Below, piece by piece: positions 49,418-63,999 of a stretch of 64,000 nt of DNA. Source of the DNA: Candidatus Gottesmanbacteria bacterium (GTDB lineage Bacteria; Patescibacteriota; Microgenomatia; UBA10105; UBA927); assembly GCA_963711735.1 (NCBI GenBank), contig CAVQFA010000005.1, forward strand, positions 71,525 through 135,524. The letters are read 5' to 3'. The notes under the pieces are model-generated. The model saw nothing but the letters and a program-made list of their open reading frames with translations. It had not been told where the DNA came from and did no database searches. The stretch's first letter is position 1. Each line of letters opens with the position of its first letter. Both the position numbers and the translations under genes were made by a program.

Positions 49418-50863
49418 ATGCCTGAATTTACAAAAACAAAAAAAGAAGTCGGATTTGTCACATCGACGCAGGATTACCTCGTGAATATCGAGGGGCTTCC
49501 GACGACGCGCGTCAACGATATTATCGTGACAAAAAACGGAGGACGGGGAATAGTTTCTGCACTCTCCAAACATACGGTTGAGGCATTGATGCTTGATGCC
49601 GAGCGTCCGAAGCCCGGTGACAGTTTTGAAAAATCCGAGGCAGGACTTTCCATAGCACTCAACGTGAATTTGTTCGGACGGACGATAAACCCATTGGGTG
49701 TGCCCTTGGACGGCAAAGGTGCGCTCCCGACAGCCGGGGTAGAGCTTGACCTTGATATCGTGGCTCCTGGGATAGACGGACGGGAAATCATCCGGAAGCA
49801 GTTTTATACGGGACTTCTCGTTGTTGATACGCTCCTGCCCATAGGGAGAGGTCAAAGGGAACTTATTCTCTGTGAACCCAGAAGCGGCAAAGAAGCGTTT
49901 TTCCTGGATGTCATCGTATCACAGAAGGTCAAAGGAGTTGTCTGTATCTATGCCGCAATCGGGAGAAGCGAGGTTGAGGTCAAACGGTTTGCAGAGGATG
50001 TGGAAAAAGAGGGTGCAGGGGAGCATACCGTGATTGTTGCGGCCACTTCCAACGAATCCGCGCCGATGATCACGATTGCTCCGCAGGTGGCAAGTTCCCT
50101 GGCTGAGTACTACCGTGACCACGGACATGACGTCCTTCTTATTCTTGATGACCTCGCCACTCACGCCAAGTACGCACGCGAAATATCGCTTCTGGCGGGA
50201 CGGGTTCCCGGACGTGAGAGCTACCCGGCTGATATTTTTTACCAGCATTCGTCACAGCTTGAGCGTGGTGGTTCGTTTAACGATCATTTTAAAACCGGCG
50301 CTGTAACTTTACTTCCCGTCATCGAGGTAAATATTGAGAATTTTACGAGCCTCATTCCGACGAATGTCATGTCCATAACCGACGGCCATCTCCTTTTCTC
50401 CGCGGCACTCCGGGCTCAGGGTATATACCCCGCTATCGAGCCTGACAGGTCCGTCACCCGTGTGGGACGCCAAACTCAGATGTTTATTCATAAGCAGATT
50501 TCCGACAAAACGCGCTCCCTCATCGCTGACTTTCATGAGCTGGAGAAGTTTGCCAAGTTCGGGTCCGAGCTTTCCGGTGAGACGCAAAAAAAGATCAAAA
50601 GAGGGAAGATAATAGAAGAATTTCTGCGGCAGGAACCGTTAACACCTATCGCACCGGGTGTGCAGATCATACTCCTGTCTCTCGTGTTTGCCGGATTTTT
50701 TGATAAAGCGGAAGTGGATGCGGTACGTACCGGAAAAGCGAAATTCATAAATACGATTGCAACGACTGAACCATTTAAAGGGCTTGCGGAAGGGATAAAA
50801 GATCATAAACTTGAGGATCTCATCGAGACACTCACGAAGGAGATGGGAGCGTTGAAGATTTAG
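49418..50863 (+). CDS. atpA: F-type ATP synthase subunit alpha (degenerate P-loop)
   Basis: GRGQRELILCEPRSGKEAF (canonical GRGQRELIIGDRQTGKTA), ILDDLATHAKYAREISLLAGRVPGRESYPADIFYQHSSQLER, SITDGHLLF, RVGRQ. Confidence 0.85.
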   Translation: MPEFTKTKKEVGFVTSTQDYLVNIEGLPTTRVNDIIVTKNGGRGIVSALSKHTVEALMLDAERPKPGDSFEKSEAGLSIALNVNLFGRTINPLGVPLDGKGALPTAGVELDLDIVAPGIDGREIIRKQFYTGLLVVDTLLPIGRGQRELILCEPRSGKEAFFLDVIVSQKVKGVVCIYAAIGRSEVEVKRFAEDVEKEGAGEHTVIVAATSNESAPMITIAPQVASSLAEYYRDHGHDVLLILDDLATHAKYAREISLLAGRVPGRESYPADIFYQHSSQLERGGSFNDHFKTGAVTLLPVIEVNIENFTSLIPTNVMSITDGHLLFSAALRAQGIYPAIEPDRSVTRVGRQTQMFIHKQISDKTRSLIADFHELEKFAKFGSELSGETQKKIKRGKIIEEFLRQEPLTPIAPGVQIILLSLVFAGFFDKAEVDAVRTGKAKFINTIATTEPFKGLAEGIKDHKLEDLIETLTKEMGALKI

Positions 50864-50867
50864 ATAT

Positions 50868-51389
50868 TTACGATTCAGGATTCGTATAAAGAAATTTTTC
50901 CCAATGTTCATTTACTTTGTACCAGTTAGAATCTTTATACTGCATTATTGAGGATAATTCAGGACTTTCTTCTATCTCTTGTTCGACCCAATCTCTGAAG
51001 TCAGACCATTGTGCTTGAGCCTCACGAAAACCATTGAGTGTCGTCCAGTCTTTTGCAAGAACGTTTTTTTGGATTTCCCGGAGACGTGTCCGTATATTTT
51101 CCGGCATTCCCGGTGTGTAAATTTCACTGGCAAGCCTCATCTGAAGCACGGTCTTTTGTATTGAAATATACGGTTCTTCAAAAAAACCGCCATTTGTCCA
51201 TACAAAGCAATTACTGTCATCTCCGATAATTCTGGACAGTGCTTCACCGACAGATTGTCTGACCGGATCAATACCCAGTTGCGGAGCCACAAAAAGCATC
51301 CATTGTTGGCGAATAACAGGAATGATTCCCTGAATATATGGATCATGGCGATCAGGGCGCCGGATTTCGGGTTGAATAATTTCTTTCAT
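50868..51389 (-). CDS. hypothetical protein, member A of tandem paralog triplet
   Basis: shares N-terminal M[KSE]EI[IP], LGEALS and C-terminal W..F...[VL].[EQ]EI..D.NLS.A..YA..NE..L...W blocks with 51495..52010 and 52106..52639. Confidence 0.5.
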   Translation of the reverse strand: MKEIIQPEIRRPDRHDPYIQGIIPVIRQQWMLFVAPQLGIDPVRQSVGEALSRIIGDDSNCFVWTNGGFFEEPYISIQKTVLQMRLASEIYTPGMPENIRTRLREIQKNVLAKDWTTLNGFREAQAQWSDFRDWVEQEIEESPELSSIMQYKDSNWYKVNEHWEKFLYTNPES

Positions 51390-51494
51390 AGGTACGGTGT
51401 TTTGGATTATATCGGAGTGTAATCGTCTGTGTAAACATAACGTTCGTCAATGCAGGACGTTGGAGAGATGATTTTTCATCTGAGGTATTTGAAA

Positions 51495-52010
51495 TTATAG
51501 ATCATAAATATAAGCTTTCCAGTATGGATATAATATTTCTTCATTTCTCTTAGCGTACATTACAGCTTCTGTTAAATTTTTATCTTTGGCTATTTCTTCT
51601 CTGAGATGATTTTTAAATGCCTGCCATCTGGTTCTGGCTTCCAGTAATCCGTCGTCGGTTTCCCAATTTTCTGAGAATACATCCTTTGCTGCATCACGGA
51701 TGTGTCCTTTTATCCGCTTGGGAAATTTTGGCGTTTTCAAACCGACATGAAGAAGCGTACGCATGCTTTTTTTTGCCAAAACTCTTGCATTCAATTGAAT
51801 GAGATCTTCTGCTTCAAAGGGTAAACTCATATCGTCGTTTCCGGTAAAATAGGAAAGCGTTTCGCCTAATATCTGTTTGGAACTGTCTATGTCTTTATAT
51901 GGTGCTATTTGCCGGATCCATCTCCGGCGGGTTAAGAGTACCGGAATCCAGTCATGGGAATAATATTTTTCTATGTGCGGGACATCAGGAGGATGCGGTA
52001 TTTCTTCCAT
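51495..52010 (-). CDS. hypothetical protein, member B of tandem paralog triplet
   Basis: internal start MEEIPH (52010) aligns with MKEII/MSEII of paralogs and removes overlap with member C (track start 52142). Confidence 0.5.
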   Translation of the reverse strand: MEEIPHPPDVPHIEKYYSHDWIPVLLTRRRWIRQIAPYKDIDSSKQILGETLSYFTGNDDMSLPFEAEDLIQLNARVLAKKSMRTLLHVGLKTPKFPKRIKGHIRDAAKDVFSENWETDDGLLEARTRWQAFKNHLREEIAKDKNLTEAVMYAKRNEEILYPYWKAYIYDL

Positions 52011-52105
52011 GACCATAGTATTGCAGGGATTATATGTTAAAGGATCATGTTTTGTATAGATTCGTGAAAATACATGGAAAAATATCTGATGTGCGGGGGC
52101 AGATT

Positions 52106-52639
52106 TTAATGCTGAGGAAGGGTGTCCAAATGAGTTTGCCAAAGCGGAGCTAACACTTCTTCGTTTGCCATTGCATACGATACAGCCTGGGATAAATTCG
52201 GATCTTCCGCAATCTTCTTTTCAATCCGGTCACCGGAGGTCTGAAACATGGATTGTACTGTTTGAAAATCAGGGCCTATCCATTCCATAAAAAATACGCG
52301 CTGTAATTCCCGGACAATTTTTTTTATACCTAACGGAATTTCCGGTATATTCATTTTGGATTCTAATGACGAATGCAGTCGGAATTTTAACAACACTCTT
52401 GTTCTTGACTCATGCGGACATCCCTGTGACGTCGGTAGACACTCATGACAATCTTCAACTAAAAGCGACAAAGCTTCTCCCAATATCTGTGTCTCCGGAA
52501 CAATTTCCATCGTGCGCAATAGGGGTGTGTTGTTTCTTAACCACCGTCTGCGGTCGGTTTGTTCGATAGCGTCTGCATCGGGTCTTTGGTGTACCGGCAC
52601 AGGAATATCTGATTGATAATAATTAATAATTTCTGACAT
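52106..52639 (-). CDS. hypothetical protein, member C of tandem paralog triplet
   Basis: see paralog alignment; ~95-105 nt regular spacing between the three genes. Confidence 0.5.
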   Translation of the reverse strand: MSEIINYYQSDIPVPVHQRPDADAIEQTDRRRWLRNNTPLLRTMEIVPETQILGEALSLLVEDCHECLPTSQGCPHESRTRVLLKFRLHSSLESKMNIPEIPLGIKKIVRELQRVFFMEWIGPDFQTVQSMFQTSGDRIEKKIAEDPNLSQAVSYAMANEEVLAPLWQTHLDTLPQH

Positions 52640-52715
52640 ACCGCAAAAAAGAACACAGATTTCGATTATATATCCGTACGACTTGAAATGTCCAGAGCGG
52701 GGTGTTTGACAAAAA

Positions 52716-53633
52716 CTACATTCTTTTCAGATGGTCTTGGGATGCGCGGACAATATCACTACTGAACTGAGGAAGCGAGGATGTGACAGATATTTGTGTC
52801 GCCAGTGTGTAGCGAAGGATCGTATTTGCGTACCGTATCCACCACTTCGCGCCCTCTTCATCCGGGTTTGTTTTTTGTTCTATGTCCGGATTTGAAGCGG
52901 TATGTATGAGAGTAAGAAATGTATCATCACCTGTTGAGAATTCGGTGCGGTCTGCATTCTTTCTGACTGTCGTTGGCCCGGATAGCGCACCCCATACATC
53001 ATACGCACCGATAGGAAGATATAATTGCATTTGTGGTCCGTCAGGTGACTGGAATACGCACTCAAGGATTGTCCCGACAGCTGCAAAATGCGTAACTTCA
53101 TTCGGATTGTCTGAAGAACGAAAAGAGAAATATCTGCCGGACTGTATGCTGACAGGGAGATGTGTGAGTGTATGTAAACGTACGGTCGTTGTCCTGGTTT
53201 CATGAATATTCGGGTGAGTGAAAAGAACGGACGGGGGAATATTTGCTTGCCACATACTCAGCGTCTGAACGGCGTATTCCCGGTTTGTAATAAAACTCGT
53301 TTTCCGTTTCACTTCTATAGTGCCGGGTTGACGTTTTTCCCAAAAATGTTTCTTTTCCCCGCGGTGTAAAGATAGGGAGAATTGTTCATCAGGCTGTGTG
53401 CGGTACCATTGACGCCGGTTATATCTGTTGAGCTGTGTACCGGGAGCTGCAGTATCTTTTTTCCATTCAAATTCATTTCCAATATTTCCCGGTACCCACA
53501 CCCCATACAGCTCTGATATCAGTGAATCAGGTGTGATTGATGTTTCTTGACGCATTGCCAGAAATATAACATTATAGGTTTTACCTGTCAATTCGGAAAC
53601 ACGGATATAACTTATTCGGACGTGTGCAGACAA
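52716..53633 (-). CDS. hypothetical protein
   Basis: 305-aa ORF antisense to ATP synthase genes; no motif. Confidence 0.45.
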   Translation of the reverse strand: MSAHVRISYIRVSELTGKTYNVIFLAMRQETSITPDSLISELYGVWVPGNIGNEFEWKKDTAAPGTQLNRYNRRQWYRTQPDEQFSLSLHRGEKKHFWEKRQPGTIEVKRKTSFITNREYAVQTLSMWQANIPPSVLFTHPNIHETRTTTVRLHTLTHLPVSIQSGRYFSFRSSDNPNEVTHFAAVGTILECVFQSPDGPQMQLYLPIGAYDVWGALSGPTTVRKNADRTEFSTGDDTFLTLIHTASNPDIEQKTNPDEEGAKWWIRYANTILRYTLATQISVTSSLPQFSSDIVRASQDHLKRM

Positions 53634-53663
53634 GTCGGAAAAAACAGGGTATTATGTAAATAT

Positions 53664-54491
53664 ATGCCGACCATCAAGGGACTGAAAGAGGAACTCGAGG
53701 ACGTGACCACCATGGGATTTATCTCCCAGGCGTTCACGGAGGTTGCGGCCAGCCGCGTACAGAAGATCAAAAATGCCTTTGAGACGAATAAGCAGTTTTA
53801 CGATGAAATTTCACACCTCTACCGTCTTATTCAGGTTTCAAGCGCCAAGGAGAAGGGGAAGCATGCAGGAGAAGGGAAGCATCTGTCCGTTGCAGTCACG
53901 TCAAACCAGCGTTTCTACGGCAACCTCAACATCAATATCATGAATTCTTTCCTTGCTGAAACAAAAGGGAAGGAAGGTGATCTCATGATCATCGGTTCGA
54001 CAGGTGTGGACTCGATGGAGTCTCTCGATGAGAAACGCCTATACACGAAAATGCCGTTTGCCCATGATAACCCGACAGAAGAGGAAACCGCGAAGTTTCT
54101 GGACACTATCAAACCATATAGTACTGTTATCATGTACTTCCCTAAGTTTGTAACCCTCATGTCCCAGACCGTTGGAAAAACGGATGTCACCCAGGCTGCG
54201 GATATCGGAGGGAAAATCACGGATGAAGAGATAAATATTCTTTATGAACCGGACCTCACCATGATCATGGAATTTTTTATCCGGCAGGTACGGGCGATCC
54301 TTTTTTATCGTGTGATGCTGGAGGCAGACCTTTCCCGTACTGCAGCCCGTTTACTCACAATGTCGAGCGCCGAGGAACGGTCCCGAGAGCTTACAAAGGT
54401 GAAAAAAAGCCAGATACGCAAAATCCAGGCATCCATTACAAATGCCAAACTCCTTGAAACATTTGCAGCAATGAAGGGATGGAAGAAATAG
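53664..54491 (+). CDS. atpG: F-type ATP synthase subunit gamma
   Basis: N-terminal IKGLKEELEDVTTMGFISQAFTEVAASRVQK and C-terminal helix; ATG 53664 chosen (track start 53547 overlaps antisense gene). Confidence 0.7.
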   Translation: MPTIKGLKEELEDVTTMGFISQAFTEVAASRVQKIKNAFETNKQFYDEISHLYRLIQVSSAKEKGKHAGEGKHLSVAVTSNQRFYGNLNINIMNSFLAETKGKEGDLMIIGSTGVDSMESLDEKRLYTKMPFAHDNPTEEETAKFLDTIKPYSTVIMYFPKFVTLMSQTVGKTDVTQAADIGGKITDEEINILYEPDLTMIMEFFIRQVRAILFYRVMLEADLSRTAARLLTMSSAEERSRELTKVKKSQIRKIQASITNAKLLETFAAMKGWKK

Positions 54492-54497
54492 ATCCGA

Positions 54498-55103
54498 TTA
54501 CGAGTCAACTGCAAAATCCGTGCCTGCAATAAGTTCTGGTGGAAAGGGATCGATGGAATAACCGAAAGTATGCTCTATAACATCGGCAAATCCTACTGCT
54601 GAAATGATACGCCTAGGTACCTGATCATCATCAAACGGAGGACCGTACCTCCATTTTTCAACAACAGAATCTGCAGGTGTTACACGTTGTATTGATAGGG
54701 CAAAATACACATAACCGGAATCCCTGCTAATCTTTGTCTTTGTGCGGATTTGTCCGTCATACAATGAATTTATTGTTAAACCCATCGCATGAAACATAGC
54801 TACGTCATCATTATTTACTTTGAAAACATTATGGTTTAACTCCGATATGCGTTTCACTGTGGTATCATCAGGGGGCGTAAAGTATATACCTTTAAGAATA
54901 CCTGGAATATCTATATGTCCGTATCCTAATCTTTCATCACCGTGCAGAATTCCGTATACTTCCCGTACTCTGGGAAGAGTTATACGGACGAAAAAATCAT
55001 TTCTCCATGGAGATTGCAGTCTGGCACTCTGCCACAGTTGTGCTTCCAGGCTATGTATATTAAATTCTCTGTAGAAGTTAGGATTTTCCTGATACGGAGG
55101 CAT
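54498..55103 (-). CDS. hypothetical protein
   Basis: 201-aa ORF. Confidence 0.4.
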   Translation of the reverse strand: MPPYQENPNFYREFNIHSLEAQLWQSARLQSPWRNDFFVRITLPRVREVYGILHGDERLGYGHIDIPGILKGIYFTPPDDTTVKRISELNHNVFKVNNDDVAMFHAMGLTINSLYDGQIRTKTKISRDSGYVYFALSIQRVTPADSVVEKWRYGPPFDDDQVPRRIISAVGFADVIEHTFGYSIDPFPPELIAGTDFAVDS

Positions 55104-55153
55104 ACTGGTTTGATATATATCACGTTGAGGCAGAAACTACAAGAAATTTATTC

Positions 55154-55723
55154 TTATTCATGACACATCATGATAGTCGAAATAGCGCAATTTTCATAAT
55201 CCGGCAAAAATCCGTCACAGCCTATAAATACAACAGCCATGTCATAACTCCCATCATTCCAGGCATACCGTAGGGAAGGCGGAGGTATAAATTCGTAAGG
55301 AAATGCCGGAATAATGTATCCATCTGATGCGAACGTGCATGAACTAAGCCTATCCTGTACCGTGTGGCGGATGTGTCCGCCCGGTTCCTGTACGATATGG
55401 AAACTACTTTTCTTATCTTTCACTTCGAAAATAATTTTATCAGGATTACTTGTCGGATGAAGCGTGACTTTTCCTTTTTCTGCTAACTTTTTCGGTGCAA
55501 TAACAAGAATCGGTAAAAAAGCACCTTCGACGGACCCCATCCAGGTTTCATCTGACGGAAGCGGTTGCCGTTTCAGATCACCGGAAGGGATGACTGATAG
55601 CTGATCATGTGTGATTAATTGGCGGATCATACTTTCAGTATGATAAAAAATGATAGGTTCATCGCCCATGAAGCGTCTCTCAGTAGTTATAAAGCGCGGT
55701 GATTCCTGTGCGGATGTAGGCAT
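55154..55723 (-). CDS. hypothetical protein
   Basis: 189-aa ORF. Confidence 0.4.
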   Translation of the reverse strand: MPTSAQESPRFITTERRFMGDEPIIFYHTESMIRQLITHDQLSVIPSGDLKRQPLPSDETWMGSVEGAFLPILVIAPKKLAEKGKVTLHPTSNPDKIIFEVKDKKSSFHIVQEPGGHIRHTVQDRLSSCTFASDGYIIPAFPYEFIPPPSLRYAWNDGSYDMAVVFIGCDGFLPDYENCAISTIMMCHE

Positions 55724-55936
55724 AATAAAAAAGACTATATCACGATGTATTTTGTTTGTAAACTATCCGTGCATTTTCAAAATAATAATCAACCGGATTG
55801 ATAGAGTAATATGTGTGGGGATTTTGCACCTGTTTTTTCATACTTGTCACACGCACATTTTTCGGATATATTCCGTTTATAGTATTAAACACTTTCTGCC
55901 CGACATGTTACTAACCCCATATTGATTTAGGAAGTA

Positions 55937-56740
55937 ATGAATGATGGTATGCCGAGTATTGAAAGCAGAAAAGAACAACCCACGCTTGGTCAATATCTTC
56001 TTTGGCAGGAAGAAGCAGCGAAAACAGTAGAAACACTTCAATTAACCCTGGAGGCTTGTAATCAGCATTTAAGAAGAAGTGAAATAGAATTTGTGCGGAC
56101 GCTTATCAATTTTGCAATCGACAACCAACATTCTGAATTATTTGATATAGCTGCCGAACTGGGGAGACAATTAACCCACGGGGAAAAGCTGCACTTCGAT
56201 AGTATAGATGCAAATGATCCGGAAATTTTCAATGCTTCCATCAGTGGATTTGATCAGAATGGTGAATACCGTACGGATGTTTTGGGCATACTTCAACAAC
56301 TTTCAGCCCGTTTATCTGACACATTTAAGGATAACCCCACGCTCGTTTTTGACCTTGCATGGCATGACTTTATAGAGAAACACCCTGCAGTCAAAGCGGT
56401 GTGGGTTCAGGGAGCATTGTGGCATAGAATTGATGAAAAGTGGTGTCTCCCGAGAGAAGTCATAAATATGCTTGTTTGCAGGAAAGACGGTACTGAAGGT
56501 ACAGACAATAAGCGGGATGCTTTTATATTGCAGCAGCTATCCGGTGTTCTTTCAGCCAAAACAGAATTACACGGACCTATAGGTAAGGGAAACCAATCAT
56601 ATTGGCCGGGAGATACGTTCAGAATGTTCTTTTTTCAGATAGAACAAACATCCACCGGTAAACGCGCGCAATATGGTATCCGCCCGGAGATGACAGAGGA
56701 GATACTGAACGATCTTGTTTCCCGTGTAAAAAAAAACTAA
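55937..56740 (+). CDS. hypothetical protein
   Basis: 267-aa ORF ending where sigma-factor reading frame opens. Confidence 0.4.
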   Translation: MNDGMPSIESRKEQPTLGQYLLWQEEAAKTVETLQLTLEACNQHLRRSEIEFVRTLINFAIDNQHSELFDIAAELGRQLTHGEKLHFDSIDANDPEIFNASISGFDQNGEYRTDVLGILQQLSARLSDTFKDNPTLVFDLAWHDFIEKHPAVKAVWVQGALWHRIDEKWCLPREVINMLVCRKDGTEGTDNKRDAFILQQLSGVLSAKTELHGPIGKGNQSYWPGDTFRMFFFQIEQTSTGKRAQYGIRPEMTEEILNDLVSRVKKN

Positions 56741-56976
56741 TTCCCGATAAGAAAACAGAATACCATCAGGCAGTCAGTGCAAATGGTGATGATTATGAAA
56801 TTCTCCTGCATTTAGCAGAAATTTCAAAACTGGAAGCAGAAATAGCAGAAGACCCCTTTAAAGATCCACGCCTCCAGACGCTTATCGATGCTGGCGACGA
56901 TTTAGGTTTATATCTGCGTGAGATCCAAGCGTATGCTCTGTTAACTCCCGAGGAAGAAATCGAATGCGGGATTGCA

Positions 56977-57876
56977 ATGGAGCGGGCAATAGAAGCATCA
57001 AAAATACATGTAAAACCAATCGGAAGAGGTAGACCACCTGACCGTACGGAATTTTTTGAATTAAAACGACTGGGTATCGAAGCGCAAAAGAAATTGACCA
57101 ACCATAATTTACGGCTGGTGATATCCATAGCACGGAAATACTCTCTCAATGATTTCCGCCAATTTCCGGACCGTATACAGGATGGCAATATCGGGCTTAT
57201 GCGTGCAATACAAAAGTGGGATTATCGTCGGGAGTTGAGATTTTCTACCTATGCGACATGGTGGATTCGGCAAGCTGTCACACGGGCGAAAGCAGATACT
57301 TCCCGGTTGATACGATTGCCTGTGCATCAGGTAGACACACTGAGACGGATATACAAAATAACAAAGATACTCGTACAGACATATGGGAGAACACCGACAG
57401 AAGCAGAAATTGCCAGGGAACTCACGACAAATGAACTTGAAAAGAAATTAGGAAGAGCACCGACACAAGAAGAAATAAAGAATCGCACCCAGGTAATGGA
57501 ACCGAAAGTGACGTATCTTTTGAAAATGTCCCGGGATCCGGCATCACTCGAAACCCCCGTCGGAGATGAGGAAGATTCGACTCTTGGGGACTTCGTCCCG
57601 TCGCCCAACGCGGAAGACGGAAGTGTACAAAGTGATGTGGAAATGCTGCAGGAACTCATACAAATTGTTTTTCATGAACTGACACCCAGAGAAGTCAGGG
57701 TCCTCACATTGCGGAACGGACTCCTGAACGGTCATATATTTACTCTTGAGGAAGTCGGAGCGAAAATGGGAGTTACGCGGGAACGCATCCGGCAGATAGA
57801 AAAGCAGGCATACCATAAACTGAGACACCCCCATATAATGAGACGTTTGAGACCATATCTGAATATATTTGATTAA
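56977..57876 (+). CDS. rpoD: primary-like sigma-70 factor (RpoD/SigA-like); coordinates from first ATG, true start probably upstream
   Basis: regions 2-4: NLRLVISIARKY ... FPDRIQDGNIGLMRAIQKWDYRRELRFSTYATWWIRQAVTRA ... TLEEVGAKMGVTRERIRQIEKQAYHKLRHP; region 1.2-like DDLGLYLREIQAYALLTPEEEIE is in frame upstream of the ATG. Confidence 0.75.
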   Translation: MERAIEASKIHVKPIGRGRPPDRTEFFELKRLGIEAQKKLTNHNLRLVISIARKYSLNDFRQFPDRIQDGNIGLMRAIQKWDYRRELRFSTYATWWIRQAVTRAKADTSRLIRLPVHQVDTLRRIYKITKILVQTYGRTPTEAEIARELTTNELEKKLGRAPTQEEIKNRTQVMEPKVTYLLKMSRDPASLETPVGDEEDSTLGDFVPSPNAEDGSVQSDVEMLQELIQIVFHELTPREVRVLTLRNGLLNGHIFTLEEVGAKMGVTRERIRQIEKQAYHKLRHPHIMRRLRPYLNIFD

Positions 57877-58026
57877 GAATTTTCAGAAAATTGATTGTTC
57901 CTGTATTTTATATAATATTTACTCACTGAAAATATACTTAATATATCAATATATAAACTATAGTATCAAAATATAAAATTGTCATTAGGAATTGGGTGTT
58001 GCATTGCACTTGATCTTCTTTCCTAA

Positions 58027-59604
<1,578 letters not shown>

Positions 59605-59737
59605 GATGGTTTTTCAAATCACTGCAAAACGTGATACATGCACTTCTGAAAAAATGACGTCTCATTAGATGAAAGAAGAATTGAAAGACACAATGTTGAA
59701 TCCATAAATGTATTGGAAGTTTATATAAAAATATAGT

Positions 59738-60001
59738 TTGTTATTTACTATTATGGCAGATTTGATACATGTCCGGATCAATAGCCCTGAAAAAATCATT
59801 TGGGAGGGGGAAGCAGAGTGGGTATCCAGTGAAAATACTGAAGGACCGTTTGACATATTGCCGATGCATACCAATTTTATAACCATTATAGAAAAAAAAG
59901 ATATCCGGGTGAAAAGCGCGAAGGAAGTACAAACCTATAAGTATGATCGTACAGTCCTTTATGCTCATTCCAATAAGGTCTTCATTTATACAAATATATA
60001 A
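59738..60001 (+). CDS. atpC: F-type ATP synthase subunit epsilon (beta-sandwich domain only, 87 aa)
   Basis: IHVRINSPEKIIWEGEAEWVSSENTEGPFDILPMHTNFITII pattern of epsilon N-domain; position after atpD. Confidence 0.6.
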   Translation: MLFTIMADLIHVRINSPEKIIWEGEAEWVSSENTEGPFDILPMHTNFITIIEKKDIRVKSAKEVQTYKYDRTVLYAHSNKVFIYTNI

Positions 60002-60993
60002 ATAATCTTCTTATTTTTTTCTGCGGAAATTCGATGATTATCATGTCTATACGGGAATCGATTTCCGCATGCGGAAAATATGCAATTATCACTTTTTCGA
60101 TAAATACGGGAAATGGAATAATAGTTATAGGGATATATTATTTTAATGATGAAAACGCAGTACAAAACGATATAAATTCTTAATCAATATATATGTATTG
60201 ATTTTACTAATTAAACATGTTTCACATTTTCGGAAATATACACCTCCGGAATACCTCTATTTAAACAGAATAATTCAAAAATACCAGACATAGACCTTAG
60301 ATAAATATGTCGTTAATACGGACCAAATTGTAGATTTATAGATCCTTCTTAATGTATAAATTTGATAGATAAATTCCGGATAAATACGTACTAAATGAAC
60401 TTTTTAAGATTTACTCGGCATTGTACAGGGTAAAAGAGGCAGTATTAAGTGTATTTCCTAAGTAAATGTGTATTTTTTCTCCGGAGTCGTTTGTGATTTA
60501 GTGATCACATATAGTCCACTAAAAACTATATATCAGTTTTTGTCTTATCCGGACAATCCGTTTTAAAGAGAATAGTACTATAAGATATTTTTTTTGGTAA
60601 AAAAACCTTATGGTCTATAGTACTTTACCAAGGTATATGAGAAACAGTTTCATAAGTGTATATAGAAATTGAATGATATTCATGGAAAATTTCGAAAATT
60701 TGATTTCTAATTGATTCCTGTAATACATATAAAATTTAGCATTTCTATAGAGTGAGTGCCAATATGCGCATATATATATCTTATAACAGAAATAATTGAG
60801 ATATTTAAGACCTGAGTTTCCTTTCACTATATATCTAAGTGTGAAATCATGAATAATGGGTAACTACGGTAAAACGATATGGAATGATCTATAAACGACC
60901 TCTTGACGGTTTCGTAAGCAGTATGCTTATTATATATGTAGAGTAATAAAATTTATGTAATAGACCGGAATTACGACCTATTACACAATCTAA

Positions 60994-63999
<3,006 letters not shown>

